Of a stretch of 43,356 nucleotides of DNA, positions 41,202-43,356 are shown one piece after another (the first letter of the stretch is position 1; every line of letters begins with the position of its first letter). This DNA is from Pelomyxa schiedti (lineage: Eukaryota > Protista > Evosea). The stretch is from positions 1 to 43,356 of the forward strand of contig JAHLWZ010000628.1 of the NCBI GenBank assembly GCA_020536535.1, in the 5' to 3' direction. The notes beneath the pieces are model-generated. The model was not told the origin of the DNA. It did not search any database and saw only the letters and a program-made list of their open reading frames with translations. The position numbers and the translations under genes are program-made.

Positions 41202-42513
41202 ATGGCCGCCACTACACATGCCAACAAGCCGGAACTCATCAAAATACTGTTGCTCGGGAGACAGGGATGTGGGAAAAGTAGCACAGCCAACACAATGGAA
41301 CAATTACTTTCAGGGGAGCCAGTACCAACAATGCCGTTCACAGTCGGTGACGGTGGACAACAGCACACCACGTCTCATGTGCGGCAAGTCTATGTTCCTG
41401 TTGAACGTTCTGGAAGGGTGACAACATATGTCATCATCGATACACCAGGTAATCGCCACTGAGCTTTTCGGTATCAAATTAATTGGTGCTAGGACTGGCG
41501 ACAGGTTCATCTGAAGCTGTAGTACGCAAATGGTGGATCGATTTGAAAACTGTAATAAATAAACATGTATTTTGCCAGTAATCCATATTTAGTGTGATAA
41601 CATTCACCAGAATCCAGATGTGGTAATGGTGGTTGCGGCGGCTCAAGATTTTGGAAATCCAAACAGTCCCCAGGCCACTTCCGCTCGTAAGCTAGCGCGG
41701 AACCTCGGAATTGTACAGGGATATAATTTCTGCGGTATGTTTCCCATCAACTAGAGACATTTGAATTAATTTCAATTGTACAGCATGTCCAGTTCCGATA
41801 ATCATCACCCATGTGTCCGAACTGACCACAAGTCTTTCTGCAGGAGATGCTGTTATAGCGAAGGCACTAAAGGCAATACGAATTTCTACAAACTTCTATC
41901 CAGGTGAGACTGGAGTACCCCCCAAACAGATTAACAGATCATCACAGTGGAAAATTATGGAAAGGAATTAGGTCCTCCCAGAGTCGATGCAACAAATGCT
42001 TCACTTGGAAGGTTATTTAATGCCATTGATAAATGGAGAATGAGCAAAAAGACAGAAGAAGCACTAGGCTTGCACGCTGCACAAGATGCTAATGCGGCAC
42101 GTTCTTTCTCTTTTCATCAGTGATTACTAACACCTCTCTGAAGGTGGTTGAACCTGAATTTTACTGTCAGCTTACGATTGCTCGAGCTTGGTGGGGCTGG
42201 GACAGAACCAATCCTGCCTACGGAATGGACGTAACAGCGTTCATCCAGGGGAAAGTCGAGGGCTTGAATACTTTGCCTCCACTAAAACCGGCCACTGTGG
42301 GCTTTGAAAGAGGTTCCTTTTGTGTTTCCCTAAACACTTTCTGGTTACAGTGTAAAAGATCCATGTCCACACTGGAGAAAGAAACTTTGGATTTCTTATC
42401 GGTACAACAATGACAATGCAGAACTGGAGTGTTCACAGAATGATGTGTGTTGCATTCCAAAGATCCCATGTAACTGGCCAATATGGGACGACCAACCTAT
42501 GAATGTGGAATAA
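41202..42513 (+). CDS. IFI44/AIG1-like GTPase fused to a DUF3395/SUEL-lectin-like domain, copy B, multi-exon
   Basis: ILLLGRQGCGKSS, HTT, IIDTPG, IIITHVSE, YP|VENY, IARAWWG...DVTAFIQGKV...|DPCPHWRKKLWISY...WPIWDD; intron positions match copy A; TAA at 42511-42513. Confidence 0.8.
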
Positions 42514-42742
42514 AAAATATCTTATTACACAAGATTCCGACTCCTGTGAAGGGAAAAAAATTCTGGGACACGTTCTGTTTCATGGTCTTTCCAGCCTCTG
42601 AGCACAACATGGCCAGACCCAAAGACCCAAAAAATAAAAAGTGTGAGTCCCAAATATTTATTTTTTTTCAGCTATGTTACAAGTATCAGCAACCTCTCTC
42701 ACTGCACGTCCCTTTATTTCAACGACGCAACACATCAAGCTG

Positions 42743-43356
42743 TCACATTTTTGTTACTGAGAACATGTATTCCAATCTCTTGGCAAAATACACATTCAAC
42801 ATGAATGCCGAGGCCCAAATTGACTCAGTAGTAAGGCAAACAAATGGCACCGGGGTATTTGATAATGCAGAAAACGACAGCTCCAAGTCCCACCAGGGTG
42901 ACAATATTACTGCATACTTCCAAGTTGTTACTATCAAGGATGTAATGGATCAGGTGTTTACCTGGTTTGACTGGTCTACAGACTTGGAGTCTTCGTGACA
43001 TCAAGAAGTCCCTCAAGTAATCCTTGCCGAATTCGCGTATTTGAAAGGAATTGTGTGGAAGACTTTCTTCAGGGCATCCAGGGGCAATGAACACAACAAC
43101 TGAAGGGGATGTTGGGAGAACTGTTCAGAGAAAAAGAACGAACACGAACCACGAGTGTCGAGGCCACACAAGTCGTCGATCTCTGTCCTCGAATATTGAC
43201 CACCCATTCCCCTGACACTCACGAGTTGCTGCGGTGCCACGTCGACCGGAACAGGCCGCACAATGATCTCTGCGTTGTATTTGTTGTCTTCGAGTTTCAC
43301 GCCTTCCATGTTTTCCAGAGTGTGTTGCAACTCTGTGAGCCACTCCGACGGCCGGA
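42743..43356 (-). CDS. TIR-like protein copy B, 3' part (continues the 40812-41085 fragment through the terminal repeat, or is the next tandem copy)
   Basis: QHTLENMEGVKL...YSRTEIDDLCGLDTR|VVVFIAPGCPEESLP...KP|VTTWKYAVILSPWWDLELSFSAL...*; same two intron positions as copy A. Confidence 0.65.

Larger units (their letters stand above)
40812..43356. repeat. 2,424-bp unit bounded by an exact 121-nt direct repeat (40812-40932 = 43236-43356): collapsed tandem array or circular unit
   Basis: The post-gap segment begins gccacgtcgaccgg...cggccgga and ends with the same 121 nt. Joining the ends rebuilds one complete TIR-like gene. Confidence 0.85.

Noticed and set aside
40812-43356. LTR element or three independent full copies of the TIR-like gene
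   Set aside because: The terminal repeat lies mid-exon, lacks TG...CA ends and encloses no RT or integrase. The two post-gap pieces are complementary halves overlapping by 121 identical nt.

Overview
This is not prokaryotic DNA. It is a compact, intron-dense protist genome segment: many short (about 30-110 nt) GT-AG introns, microexons, GC-rich low-complexity first exons and short head-to-head promoters. That style plus an intron-containing PflX radical-SAM gene suggests an anaerobic amoebozoan such as an Archamoeba/Pelomyxa-like organism (inference only). I spliced the genes by hand. In order: class I PI3K; acetolactate-decarboxylase-like gene; TRM61; V-ATPase B; signal-peptide torsin/Clp-like AAA+; RING-B-box-CC-FN3 (TRIM-like) gene; SOS1-type Na+/H+ antiporter; a TIR-like gene head-to-head with an IFI44-like GTPase/lectin-fold gene; PBZ-TKL kinase; PflX; an eEF2 pseudo-GTPase with a whole VIT-vWA module inserted in its G domain; importin-alpha; an unknown low-complexity membrane protein; an N-acylated Rab; FNBP4-like; a truncated Pro-rich gene; a 100-N gap; and a 2,424-bp unit with identical 121-nt ends carrying a second TIR-like/GTPase pair. 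The best candidates for an undescribed system are (1) the duplicated, probably tandemly amplified TIR-like + IFI44-like GTPase-lectin pair and (2) the VIT-vWA::eEF2 chimera, which keeps the diphthamide loop but has lost its GTPase motifs. All exon boundaries and family calls come from manual reading and remembered motifs; no database searches were run.
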